A stretch of DNA of 63,420 nucleotides, the filler included. It is 6 parts of 6 records of this genome, joined end to end, with 100 filler letters (N's around TTAATTAATTAA, not from the genome) between each part and the next. Parts side by side here need not be neighbours in the genome. Positions count along the whole stretch, not along the records: positions 17,122 to 26,982 come from DRR723986_18254; positions 27,083 to 35,082 come from DRR723986_18272; 4 more parts are not named here. One strand, 5' to 3'. The first letter of the stretch is position 1. Each line of letters begins with the position of its first letter. This document shows, piece by piece, positions 17,737 through 27,747 of this stretch. The position numbers were made by a program, and so were the translations under genes. The notes under the pieces were generated by a model. The model saw only the letters and a program-made list of their open reading frames with translations, was not told the DNA's origin and searched no databases.

Positions 17737-19263
17737 ATGAAGACAGCAGTTGTGTTTTTAGGCCTACTGGCCCTTTGCCTGCTCGGCGCCTGTAAAGAGA
17801 TATTTCACGATACTGCCGATCACTACGTCGCTGAAACGCCGCTGGCCAAAGCCGCACGTGCACAAATTGGTGTGACAATTAACTACGATACCAGCTATGC
17901 CCTAATTCCCTACCCCGATGGCGACGTTGATCGGGGTAAAGGTGGCGGTGCCGACGTGATTGTTCGTGCATTCCGCAAACTGGGCGTTGATCTCCAGCAG
18001 GAGATTCACCAGGACATGCAGGCGCACTTCACGCGCTATCCACATATGTGGGGCATAGATACAACCGACCACAATATCGATCACCGGCGTGTCCCAAACA
18101 TTATGACCTGGCTGGAACGCCATGGATTCAAACTACCCATTAGTAATGATCAACGGCGCTACCACACAGGCGATATCGTGTGCTGGCAGATTGACGACAT
18201 TAAACACATTGGCATCATCAGTAATGGGCGCTCTGAGGGTGTCGTTCCGATGGTGATTCACAACTTTGACTCTGGCGTAATTGAAAGTGACATACTGTTT
18301 ACCTTCCCAATTATTGCGCATTATCGCCCGGTATTCAGAAATATTCCGCAGGAGATGCGTGACTCAAGTGCAGTTAAACAGCAGGCGGAGCAAAAAGACT
18401 ATCCTTTTGTTAACCTGGCTTTGGAAGGCGGCGGAGTTCGCGGAATTGCATATGTGACCGTATTGGAAGAGCTGGACAGGCGCGGCATTCTGCCCAATAT
18501 TAAACGCGTAGCCGGAACGTCTGCCGGATCAATTGTCGCTCTGCTGCTGGCTCTTAACTATTCGACGTCTGAGATCCGCACGATCATGAACACGCTCGAT
18601 TTCACAGAATTTGAGGACAGCGGTAGCATTACGGATCTGCCAAGCAAATATGGCTACTATCGCGGTGAGTTTGCACTACATTTGTTAAAAGGTTTTATCG
18701 AAAAAAAGTTAGGCCGGGACAATGTCACCTTTGCCGAGTTAGTTGAATTAGGCGGTCGTGAATTACAAGTTTACGCCACGAATCTTTCAAGCATCCGCGT
18801 CGCTGAGTTCAGCCTGGCCAAGACTCCCAACATGTCCATCGCCAAGGCGGTTCGTGCTTCGATGTCGATTCCATTTTTCTTTGACTCCATGAATCTAGAC
18901 GAAGAGATTATAGTTGACGGCGCCGTGATGCTTAACTACCCGATTCTTGTTTTTGGAATTGGCGAACTGGACAAAACTATAGGCCTTGCGTTTGACCAAT
19001 CTCATGCGTCGTTAAGTGAAGGCACAAAAGTTGATCGTTTTGGTTACAACAATCCACGCAAATATATCCGCAGCTTATTCGATGCAATTCTGAGTGCGCA
19101 AGCCACTATCTGGATAGAAGACCCGCGCATTCGGCGGCAGAGTATTTTAATTAACACCGGTGAGATCAGTGCAACGGAGTTTAAGCTGACGGATGGTGAC
19201 AAGCAGTTTTTGCTGGATCAGGGTCAGCTGGCTGCAGACAGGTTTTTTGCAGAAAGGGAGTAA
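17737..19263 (+). CDS. Lipoprotein: DUF1287-like domain fused to patatin-like phospholipase
   Basis: Lipobox LLGAC; YPDGDV, DLQQEIH, DHNIDHRRVPN, HIGI (DUF1287); LALEGGGVRG, GTSAG, VRASMSIPFFF, VDGA (patatin). Confidence 0.85.
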   Translation: MKTAVVFLGLLALCLLGACKEIFHDTADHYVAETPLAKAARAQIGVTINYDTSYALIPYPDGDVDRGKGGGADVIVRAFRKLGVDLQQEIHQDMQAHFTRYPHMWGIDTTDHNIDHRRVPNIMTWLERHGFKLPISNDQRRYHTGDIVCWQIDDIKHIGIISNGRSEGVVPMVIHNFDSGVIESDILFTFPIIAHYRPVFRNIPQEMRDSSAVKQQAEQKDYPFVNLALEGGGVRGIAYVTVLEELDRRGILPNIKRVAGTSAGSIVALLLALNYSTSEIRTIMNTLDFTEFEDSGSITDLPSKYGYYRGEFALHLLKGFIEKKLGRDNVTFAELVELGGRELQVYATNLSSIRVAEFSLAKTPNMSIAKAVRASMSIPFFFDSMNLDEEIIVDGAVMLNYPILVFGIGELDKTIGLAFDQSHASLSEGTKVDRFGYNNPRKYIRSLFDAILSAQATIWIEDPRIRRQSILINTGEISATEFKLTDGDKQFLLDQGQLAADRFFAERE

Positions 19264-19329
19264 ACAGGCAGATAATGCTACTTTTTACTCACCATTGGTT
19301 GCAGAGTCGTTTAACACCTAATGTGTTAT

Positions 19330-19413
19330 CGCTTTGAGCTCTCACTAACGTTCGGCTCAGGCTCTTTGATTTTTTTTGTTTGGCACTGAGACTAGAGTTG
19401 ATAGCCTCAAAGC
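19330..19413. repeat. Repeat family C, back-to-back copies 2 (minus, 19330-19381) and 3 (plus, 19385-19413)
   Basis: Minus: AACAAAAAAAATCAAAGAGCCTGAGCC...GAGCTCAAAGCG; plus: CTGAGACTA...TAGCCTCAAAGC. Confidence 0.65.
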
Positions 19414-19695
19414 CTTAAGCTCAACAAGTATTAGCACAGGTATAAAAGTCTGGATCTTAAATAAAGCTGGATTTGCCTTCCAAAGATATCAGAAGCGTTC
19501 TTCGGCTTGGTCAGCCTGGCATCGAGACCCTTCGCTACGTTAGTCGTGAGAAGATGGGAGTTGACGTCAAGATGCGGACGTAGCTTGAATTGAGGGGTAT
19601 GTGGGTGATAGTGAAATGTATATGAGCAGAACACGCTATCCCGCAGAGACGAGGCATTCATCGTCTCTACGGGAAGAAGAAGGGACAACTCAATA

Positions 19696-22600
19696 TCAAT
19701 GGACAACTAGTATCTTATGCATATACGCATCTTTCGATGTTCTAACTGAAGCAACATACACACCTGACGGTAACCCACTCAGATCAACTGTTAAACGGTG
19801 CGCTCCGGGTATCAATACTTCACCATCTAATACATTTTTAATGAGACCACCGGTTAGAGTTGAAAGCGAAACCCAAACTGGAGTACGTTCTACAAGCTGA
19901 AATTGCAAGTTTACCTCCTCACTGGCCGGATTTGGCTGAGCGTCAAGCCCGGTAATTTGACTTAGTGCGTCTACATCCAACGCGCGATTGTCAATATCTG
20001 TTACTGTTACCTGCCGACCATTGAGCAATGCACTCATTTCGCCAAAGTCTGTGGCTCTAAGAAGCTCATCCGCAATGCAGGTCACGTCAATTTCAAAGAC
20101 CGCGACTTCGGACTGAACACCACTGAATGTAAATGCTGATACGGCCAGAATACCATCTTTCGCGTTCCAAGCCATTGTTAGATTCGCATCCGCTACTGCA
20201 TTCGCAGGGCGGACGTTGGTAACATGAACTCTTGAATCATCAAACTCAAGAACGAGGTCGATTGCATTTGTCAATTCGCTGAAGTACCCTTCAACAAACA
20301 GTCGGTAATGTCGCGACTCACCTAGAGGCATCGGATTGTCAATGTCTAAGACTAGTTTGGTATTTTCTGCAGCAGTTTTGTCTGTACCGCCATTCTTGAG
20401 TAACACTCCATCTGCGTTGTCCCAATCACCATTAACATCACCAAGAAGAACCCCACTGAAGACCTCTGGACCGACGTAGGTGCAGTTCTTGTCTCCACCA
20501 CTCACGATGACCGGTAAACATTGTGGGATGGGCGGAACGCGGAATCGCGAATAGCCCGCCAGGTCGTCAGTCGGATATCTTGAACTGGGCAAATATGCAG
20601 GTGAAGTGTTAACGGTTGTTGCATCCACAAATCGCCAATCGAAAGAGAGCAATCCTGGTGTTGGTGCCGCATTATCTGCATAGTTCCACTGCTGAGGATA
20701 TTCACAGATATTGCCAACCGCGCGATTTAGGATGTGCGTTACGTCATTGGTGGAAACAACGCCATCCATATTAACATCTGCTGCAATCATGGCAAATGGT
20801 CCAGGCACCCAAGACGAGTTTTGCATTACGATCAAGTTGGCCCAATATGCATCCCAACTATTGACATACGGCAGTATGGATGTACAGTCTTCAGTATCGT
20901 GGTAACTGCCGTTGATGTCACGCCGGATCACAATATGCGAACCGTTCACCAGGTCGTAGTTGAATTCGCCTTGCAAATTGGGTTGCGCACTGGATGTTGA
21001 TAAGTCACCACAAGAACCGTCAGTTCCATAGATGTCTGTAGGAAGCATTTTTAACGGATCATTGTTATAGGGAATCACACGGGTTTCACGCAAGCTGGAT
21101 CTATCCCAGTACTGCAACGTACCTTCCAGAATATTGTCTGCCAATAGCTCGAAATCTCCGTCGGCAACAGAATGTGCCACAACCTGAGTCTGGTAGGCTT
21201 CAAGCAACTCACAACTGCTAAATGTTGCAACAGTCCCAGCTCCGACACCAGACTTGACTCTGAACTCAACTGCCAATACCTCTCCAACACCGTTAAACTC
21301 AGCGGTTGCCGGAGCATTGGCTGCATAGTGTACGCCGACACGTACCTGATGTGGGTTCGTTAAAGTATTTATAACATAAGCTGCTTTGGTTTGGTCACCT
21401 TCGACTGCGTCGAGTACAACTTCACCAAGCCGGATACGCCCAGTTGGCTCAAATAAGGCATTGTCGTAGCGTAAGCAGAAGTCCACACCAATGACACCTG
21501 AATTCACAGAGCTCTCTGCCAATAGAGGAACGTAGAATCGGCTGTCGGCAAATTGTTCGTCTTCCTGCCCGCACTTAATGGAAGTTTGCCCCATAGAATA
21601 TGCGCTCCGGCAACAGTTATCTCCGTCATAAACATCCGACTGGGCTGATTCAACGCTCCCTGCAAGGTTAAAAGCAAGTCCATCACCGAAGTTCTCAACA
21701 TCTACGCGAAGACTGTGTCGCCCCCCACTTAAAATTACAGTCGTGTCCAGTGGTGAACTTGTTGCCGCGGGATTTACTGGAGTTTGCAGTAGTTTTCTGT
21801 TGTTTAAGAATAAGGACGCCCGACCAGTTGCAAGAACTCCAAGTTTAAGTCTAACTGCTCGTGTTTCTGTGCCGGAAAGACAAAAGTGCGAACGATAAGT
21901 ATACGTTCCCAGCGTGCCACTTGACGAATTGAGCACAGGGTTTAACCAGCGGCTATTTGCAGGTGGCGCAGCCCATCCGCTCTGTGGTGCAACAACTTCA
22001 AGATATTGCGGAATTTGCAGCGGGCCGGTGGGAGTGCTAACTAGTTGCCACCTACTGTCCGCAGCACCAATGGGATATGCGGCATTACTCACTTCATCTA
22101 AACCTGTACTGATAGTTGCATACGTAACCTGGGCACAGGTGCTTGAGGGTGGCAAAAGTGTCAAGGAGATAGACGTTGACTTGATCGATCCATTCGTCAC
22201 TTGAAGTGTAACTGTAGCAACTGTAGATGATTGTCCACACCAACGTCCGGCCGTGCAGCGCTCGAGCGTGATCGTACCAACCGTACCAGAAGTCGAGACG
22301 GGAATTGTAAATGTTCCGGCCGAATACGTTGGGAAACCAGGCATTGAAACCAACGCTTCAACTGGAATATTGGAACTCGCCAGCCCCACAGTCGCACCTG
22401 AGGTAAATAGACCAAACTCCACTGAAACCGTGATACTATTGGAGTTAAACTGTACAGTCGAGTTGCCGTTGTTAAACCCATCAATTCCTGCTAAACTACT
22501 CTGGCTCCATGCAAGACATTCAGGCGTATTGGGAGCTGCGCCAGCCATGTTTAGAATCCAAATAGCGCCGTGGTCAAATCCATCAACATCATCATTTGAG

Positions 22601-23874
22601 GCTCCAACTGCCAAATCGCCGACTCCATCATCGTTAAGGTCTCCCATGAATGCCAACGCAGATCCGAACCTGTCGTTCTCATCAATCATTCCACCAAAAT
22701 TCCCGACTGACGACGAGATTTCCTGATGAGACTTCACAGTCCCGTCACTGTTAAGAAACAGAATCCAGACAGAACCAATTCCGACTCCACCATCCGTTGT
22801 AACAGCGAGATCCAATACACCATCGTTGTCAAGGTCTCCAATACCAGCAGTCGCAAATCCAAATGAATCATTATTGACAAGTGTTCCAGTGAAGCCACCA
22901 AAGTCGTCTGATATTTTATTTTGTGTTTTAACCGTGCCATCAGTGTTTAATCGCAGAATCCAAATTGCTCCACGATCGGCACCGCCATCATCATCACCGA
23001 CTGCAGCTACCGCAATATCTACCACGCCATCGTTGTTAATATCTCCAATCGTCGACAGGGAAGAACCAAAGTAGTCATCCCTCAACAGACTGCCGGTAAA
23101 GTTTCCAGAAGATGTGGAGATTCTTTGCTCTGATTTTACTGTCCCATCCGCATTGAGAAATAGAATCCAGATCGCGCCACTTCTGGCGGTTACGTCGCCT
23201 GTGTACGGCGCGCCTACTGCAAGATCCACATTTCCATCGCCATCCAGATCTCCAAGACCGGTAGTGGAATCTCCAAATCGCTCGCCATTGCCGATGGGCC
23301 CAGTAAGGTTACCTTCTGTAGCCGAAATTTTCTGTTGCGACTTCACCGTACCGTTGGAGTTCATGAACAAAATCCATACAGCACCACGAGTTGACCCGCC
23401 ATCGGTATCTTGTTCTGCACCGACGGCGATGTCTGTTACACCATCACCATCAAGGTCTCCAAGGTTCGCGATTGAGGAACCGAAACGATCAAGATTGTCT
23501 AGCACACCATTAAATCCACCGTTGAGTGATGAGATTTTCTGTTTAGACATTACCGTACCATTCTGGTTCAGGAATAAAATCCAGATTGCGCCGCGATCTG
23601 TTCCACCATCATCATCCAAATACACTCCGACAGCTAGATCCTCTGTCCCATCATTGTTTAAGTCGCCAATTCCAGCAGCAGACCAGCCAAATAAATCCGC
23701 ATCGTCGAGCACCGCTCCCAGTCCTCCTACAGATTCTGATATTTTCTGCTCAGATGCGACGGTCCCGTCCGGTGGTGCACCCGTTGCAATAGAACTAGTC
23801 AGTGTTAACACCAATAGGAAACATAAAATCCTGCACAAGGTTAAATGTTTAAAATACGGCTTTAAATTTTTCAT
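19696..23874 (-). CDS. Large secreted FG-GAP (integrin-alpha-like propeller) protein with cohesin-/dockerin-like modules and T9SS C-terminal sorting domain
   Basis: Signal peptide; seven FG...GDL(N/D)xDG..DLAVGA repeats; ADVNMDGVVSTND dockerin-like loop; C-terminal PNPA...LSGLPSGVY...KILVVH. Confidence 0.85.
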   Translation of the reverse strand: MKNLKPYFKHLTLCRILCFLLVLTLTSSIATGAPPDGTVASEQKISESVGGLGAVLDDADLFGWSAAGIGDLNNDGTEDLAVGVYLDDDGGTDRGAIWILFLNQNGTVMSKQKISSLNGGFNGVLDNLDRFGSSIANLGDLDGDGVTDIAVGAEQDTDGGSTRGAVWILFMNSNGTVKSQQKISATEGNLTGPIGNGERFGDSTTGLGDLDGDGNVDLAVGAPYTGDVTARSGAIWILFLNADGTVKSEQRISTSSGNFTGSLLRDDYFGSSLSTIGDINNDGVVDIAVAAVGDDDGGADRGAIWILRLNTDGTVKTQNKISDDFGGFTGTLVNNDSFGFATAGIGDLDNDGVLDLAVTTDGGVGIGSVWILFLNSDGTVKSHQEISSSVGNFGGMIDENDRFGSALAFMGDLNDDGVGDLAVGASNDDVDGFDHGAIWILNMAGAAPNTPECLAWSQSSLAGIDGFNNGNSTVQFNSNSITVSVEFGLFTSGATVGLASSNIPVEALVSMPGFPTYSAGTFTIPVSTSGTVGTITLERCTAGRWCGQSSTVATVTLQVTNGSIKSTSISLTLLPPSSTCAQVTYATISTGLDEVSNAAYPIGAADSRWQLVSTPTGPLQIPQYLEVVAPQSGWAAPPANSRWLNPVLNSSSGTLGTYTYRSHFCLSGTETRAVRLKLGVLATGRASLFLNNRKLLQTPVNPAATSSPLDTTVILSGGRHSLRVDVENFGDGLAFNLAGSVESAQSDVYDGDNCCRSAYSMGQTSIKCGQEDEQFADSRFYVPLLAESSVNSGVIGVDFCLRYDNALFEPTGRIRLGEVVLDAVEGDQTKAAYVINTLTNPHQVRVGVHYAANAPATAEFNGVGEVLAVEFRVKSGVGAGTVATFSSCELLEAYQTQVVAHSVADGDFELLADNILEGTLQYWDRSSLRETRVIPYNNDPLKMLPTDIYGTDGSCGDLSTSSAQPNLQGEFNYDLVNGSHIVIRRDINGSYHDTEDCTSILPYVNSWDAYWANLIVMQNSSWVPGPFAMIAADVNMDGVVSTNDVTHILNRAVGNICEYPQQWNYADNAAPTPGLLSFDWRFVDATTVNTSPAYLPSSRYPTDDLAGYSRFRVPPIPQCLPVIVSGGDKNCTYVGPEVFSGVLLGDVNGDWDNADGVLLKNGGTDKTAAENTKLVLDIDNPMPLGESRHYRLFVEGYFSELTNAIDLVLEFDDSRVHVTNVRPANAVADANLTMAWNAKDGILAVSAFTFSGVQSEVAVFEIDVTCIADELLRATDFGEMSALLNGRQVTVTDIDNRALDVDALSQITGLDAQPNPASEEVNLQFQLVERTPVWVSLSTLTGGLIKNVLDGEVLIPGAHRLTVDLSGLPSGVYVASVRTSKDAYMHKILVVH

Positions 23875-24319
23875 AATCCAGACTCCAATTCAGATATTTT
23901 TAGAGTGAAGCTCGCGAGAACGGTCCCACGGCACCGAAGGTTATGTAATTCAGCAAACGGGATGTTCAGTGTGTATCTGTAGCAGTTAACATTCCGTCTG
24001 CCCATTGATTCTATTTTTGATTGCTATATTTAGGCATGTATGGCTGCATGCACCTGAACAAATGGGCTACTTAACGGCCTGATTGGTATTGCAGGCTTCC
24101 GACCTTAAGTAGATGACGGTTCCAACTTTGCAGTTAGAAGCGGAATACGGTGACTTTGACAGGAATTGGCAGTGACTTCCAGGTCAAAACGAGCTGTTGT
24201 ACGAAATGATGTTGCCGTGGTTGCAATCTGTACATGATTTAAATTATTTATTCACAATCCTGTTTCTCAGTTTTCGAATTTGCCATTTCATCATCATCCC
24301 AACAACTACCACCTCCTCA

Positions 24320-24392
24320 CCCAACTACTAACAAAAACCCTCAAAAAAGCCTGAGACCCAAGTGGCAACGCAGGGGCTCAAAGCGCTCATGC
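24320..24392 (+). repeat. Repeat family C, copy 4
   Basis: CTAACAAAAACCCTCAAAAAAGCCTGAGACCC...GGGGCTCAAAGCGCTCATGC. Confidence 0.85.
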
Positions 24393-24573
24393 CACACGCC
24401 AATCACTGCAAACCCGCGCAATATTTTTAAACTGCTTATCCCAGATCGTGAGATTCGTTTTCCCGCCCCTGATTACGGTAATTTTAAGTGCAGAAATCAT
24501 TGCCTAGGCAACTAATTAAAAACAGAATGTACAGCCGATACACACATACGCCGCGCGAATCCACAAGGCAGTA

Positions 24574-24581
24574 TATATTTG
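24574..24581 (+). promoter_or_regulatory. Bacteroidota-type -7 promoter element (TAnnTTTG)
   Basis: TATATTTG 13 nt before the ATG at 24595; no SD-like sequence in between. Confidence 0.45.
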
Positions 24582-24594
24582 AAGACAGACTTTT

Positions 24595-26892
24595 ATGCCC
24601 AAGCCGATAGGTATGACCGTGCCAAGTACCACGAGCTCCCTCAGAAAACTGGACCAACAGCTGCATGATGCACGCGCGCTGGTGAACTCCGACCCGCGTG
24701 CCTGTGAACTGCAATGCCGCGCGATACTCAAATCCCTCGAAAATCAAGTCGAGCCAGCGGCCGAACGCAAACAAGATGTGCGCCTGCGAACGCGCTGTAA
24801 ACAGCTGATTTCAAACGCCCTCGAACGGCGAGACGAAATTGCCGCGGCCATCGACATGAGCCAGGAGGCGCTCAGCGAGGCGCTGTCAGTTAACTACATA
24901 GAATTGATTGTGCAGACGCAACTTTCGCTCACCATCCTGAATGTTAAACGCGACCAGTTTGCGCAGGCCGAAGAACACATGCAGGCTCTCGCAGCCATCG
25001 ACCCCAAAGAGCTGAATGCCAACCTGCGCTTCCTGATTAAACTCAAAGCCCTGCGCGTTAAACTGATGCGCGAAGACTTTGATGCGATGGACCAGATGCT
25101 GCTGGAGCTTGAAAAGGACGATCCGCTGGCCGACAAACACGAGCTGGACGTTGCCGCACGTGCCGAATATGCAGCCCTGCGCGCCGACCACCACCGCCGC
25201 CGCGGTCAACTGGAAGACTCTCAAAAGTTTGGCGAACAGGCCTGCGAACTCTATCTGAGCATCAACGATGACTACAGTGCCGGACAGCGCCTGCTCGAAC
25301 TGAGCATCGGGCATCTGATGCGCGGACACACACAGTCCGCCATCGACTGTGCCCAACGTGGGCACGTCATTTTCGATGAGCTCGGCAGTGAGTTCCACAT
25401 CAGCGCCTCCCTGATGCTGCTCGGGATCTGCGAACGCCGCGCCGCAAATTTTGATCAGGCGATGCAGTACTTTGAGCGCTGCCTGGATATGCTGCAGGAC
25501 AGAGACAACCCGGTTGAAATGGGCAACTGCCTCAATAATATCGCCGACATCCACAATGCACGCGGCGAGTTTGGTCAGGGCCTCAAACGCGCCTTTGAAG
25601 CGCTCAACATCCTGCGCTCCATCCCCAATCTCTCGATGCGGCAGGAAGTCTCGCTCTCACACATCAGCCTGGCGTACATGCAATTGGGTGACTATGAGCA
25701 GGCGCTACACTACAGCCTCGAGTCGCTTAATATCACACGCAGCAAGGACCATCCGGGCAGTGAAAGCGCCATCCTGGGCCTCATTGGTCGCATTTATCAG
25801 CACATCGGCGATCTGCAGCGCGCCGAAGAATACCAGCGTCAGTGCCTCAACAGCACAAGCCATTTTGGCAACATACCGCTCAAACGCGAAGCACTACACA
25901 ATCTGGGCGCCGTCTTTGTGGAAGCCGGCCGCAGCGCCGAGGCCGCCAAAATGTTTGAGGATGCGCTGCAACTGGAAGGTGATGAATTTGATCCGATCCA
26001 AACCGCCGAAATCATGCGCGGCCTGGCACAGATTCACGCCGCAGCCGGGCGAAGGGACGAAGCGCTGCAACTGCACAACAATTCACTCGAAATTCAGGTG
26101 AGTTGCGGCGCGGGCGACGAAGCCTGTGAGACGCAGCGGCTCATCGGTGAGCTCTTAACACCAACCGATAGCGCTCAGGCAGCCAACTACCTGAACCAGG
26201 CGCTCAATGACGCGCGCAGCCATGCTTATCGGCGCCAATTGCCAGCGACGCTCAAAGCCATGGCGGCGCTACACGAACAGGGCGGTGACAGCGGAAAAGC
26301 CCTAAAATTGTATCACGAATACATGCTCGCGCAGCAAAGTTTAAGTGAGGAGCGCAACAAGCAACGCCTTTCCAACCTGCGCGTGCTGCACGAAGTCGAA
26401 GACGCCCGCCAAAAGGCCGAGATGCTGCAACTGCGCAACCGCAACCTCGAGTCCGACCTGGAGGCACGCGAACGTGAATTAACCAGCAAAGCCCTGTTTA
26501 TCTCACGCAAAAACGACCTGCTGAGCAAACTGCGCGAGCGCCTCAACCACGCACTGCAGGCGCCATTTCGCGAAGTCGAGGATCACATTCGTGGTGTCGT
26601 TGGAGCCATCGAAGACTCGATGCATGACGGCGATGACTGGCTGCAGTTTGACGAGCGCCTCAACAGCGTCCATCAGCAATTTCTGGAGACGCTCACCACG
26701 CGTTTTCCGCAGCTCACCCCCACCGAACTGCGCGTCTGTTCACTCATCAAACTCAACTGCAGCACCAAGGATATTGGCCGGGTTATGAACGTGACGATGC
26801 GTAGCGCGCAAATGTATCGCTACCGGATTCGCAAACGCCTGCAGCTATCCGAGGATGAAAATCTGAATACCTTTCTGGCCGGGCTTAGCTAA
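24595..26892 (+). CDS. TPR-repeat protein with C-terminal LuxR-type HTH (cytoplasmic regulator)
   Basis: Multiple TPR helices (e.g. QLGDYEQALHYSLESL), coiled coil, LTPTELRVCSLIKLNCSTKDIGRVMNVTMRSAQMYRYRIRKRL HTH; no signal peptide or TM segment. Confidence 0.9.
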   Translation: MPKPIGMTVPSTTSSLRKLDQQLHDARALVNSDPRACELQCRAILKSLENQVEPAAERKQDVRLRTRCKQLISNALERRDEIAAAIDMSQEALSEALSVNYIELIVQTQLSLTILNVKRDQFAQAEEHMQALAAIDPKELNANLRFLIKLKALRVKLMREDFDAMDQMLLELEKDDPLADKHELDVAARAEYAALRADHHRRRGQLEDSQKFGEQACELYLSINDDYSAGQRLLELSIGHLMRGHTQSAIDCAQRGHVIFDELGSEFHISASLMLLGICERRAANFDQAMQYFERCLDMLQDRDNPVEMGNCLNNIADIHNARGEFGQGLKRAFEALNILRSIPNLSMRQEVSLSHISLAYMQLGDYEQALHYSLESLNITRSKDHPGSESAILGLIGRIYQHIGDLQRAEEYQRQCLNSTSHFGNIPLKREALHNLGAVFVEAGRSAEAAKMFEDALQLEGDEFDPIQTAEIMRGLAQIHAAAGRRDEALQLHNNSLEIQVSCGAGDEACETQRLIGELLTPTDSAQAANYLNQALNDARSHAYRRQLPATLKAMAALHEQGGDSGKALKLYHEYMLAQQSLSEERNKQRLSNLRVLHEVEDARQKAEMLQLRNRNLESDLEARERELTSKALFISRKNDLLSKLRERLNHALQAPFREVEDHIRGVVGAIEDSMHDGDDWLQFDERLNSVHQQFLETLTTRFPQLTPTELRVCSLIKLNCSTKDIGRVMNVTMRSAQMYRYRIRKRLQLSEDENLNTFLAGLS

Positions 26893-26953
26893 GCCACAGG
26901 TTGTTTGCCACCCCACGACACGTAAACACAGATTGCAGCGCCTGCTGCTGACA

Positions 26954-26982
26954 TCAGGCTTGCTTTTTGAGCTTCTTGTTAG
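26954..26982 (-). repeat. Repeat family C, partial copy 5 at contig end
   Basis: Minus strand CTAACAAGAAGCTCAAAAAGCAAGCCTGA matches the 5' half of copies 1 and 4. Confidence 0.6.
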
Positions 26983-27082
26983 NNNNNNNNNNNNNNNNNN
27001 NNNNNNNNNNNNNNNNNNNNNNNNNNTTAATTAATTAANNNNNNNNNNNNNNNNNNNNNNNNNNNNNNNNNNNNNNNNNNNN
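26983..27082. other. Artificial contig spacer
   Basis: N-run with TTAATTAATTAA. Confidence 0.99.
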
Positions 27083-27209
27083 TGAAATGCTGGACTGGGA
27101 AGCGCCGACGGGCGGCTATCTGCTGCAGGCGTGTTTTGCGACAGGTGCCCGGGCAGCAGCCGGCATTGCGGCCTTTCTCCAAAGCTCGAAAGGAGAGCAA
27201 ACAACATGA
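27083..27209 (+). CDS. C-terminal fragment of HI0933/TIGR03862-type flavoprotein (5' partial)
   Basis: Manual translation [21 protein letters not shown]...TT*; stop overlaps the next ATG. Confidence 0.85.
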
Positions 27210-27661
27210 CCGTGCTCTACATCGACGCCGATGCCTGTCCGGTCAAGGACGAAGCCGTTCGCGTGGGCGAGCGCCACAATGTTGAGATCAAGTTCGTTTC
27301 CAACAGCTGGATGCGGCTTCCCGAAGGCGATCTGATCGAGCGGGTTGTCGTTCCTGAAGGGCCGGACGAAGCCGACAACTGGATCGCGGAACGTGCGGTG
27401 GCGGGTGATGTTGTGGTGACGGCCGATGTGCCGCTTGCGGCACGCTGTGTGAAGGCGGGCGCTCTTGTCATCGGTCCGACAGGCAAGCCGTTTCGCGAGG
27501 ATGCCATCGGCATGCGCCTTGCCATGCGGGATCTCAACACGCATCTGCGTGAAATAGGCGAGATCCGCGAAAGCGGGCCTGGCTTCACCAAGGCCGACCG
27601 ATCGCGCTTTCTGAACCAGCTTGAGACCACCATGCGCGCGGCGAAACGTATATCCCCCTAG
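27206..27661 (+). CDS. YaiI/YqxD family protein (UPF0178)
   Basis: [24 protein letters not shown]. Confidence 0.92.
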   Translation: MTVLYIDADACPVKDEAVRVGERHNVEIKFVSNSWMRLPEGDLIERVVVPEGPDEADNWIAERAVAGDVVVTADVPLAARCVKAGALVIGPTGKPFREDAIGMRLAMRDLNTHLREIGEIRESGPGFTKADRSRFLNQLETTMRAAKRISP

Positions 27662-27704
27662 GGGCAGACACATAAATCCTTCCTGGCGACATCGGTGTTC
27701 CAAC

Positions 27705-27747
27705 AAAAAACTCCCTGCAAGGAGGGGAGGAAACCCTTGCAGGGAGT
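27705..27747 (-). terminator. Intrinsic terminator of the BA14K gene with CU-rich loop
   Basis: Minus strand ACTCCCTGCAAGG-GTTTCCTCCCCT-CCTTGCAGGGAGT then TTTTT. Confidence 0.8.

Noticed and set aside
9079-19263. Either patatin as a CBASS CapV effector
   Set aside because: No CD-NTase or cap genes adjacent; one is linked to bdhA, the other is an exported lipoprotein on a different contig.
17462-24392. Integron attC sites (the CTAACAA start resembles the R'' box)
   Set aside because: No matching GTTRRRY end seen at a suitable distance, copies lie in both orientations, and no integrase is visible.
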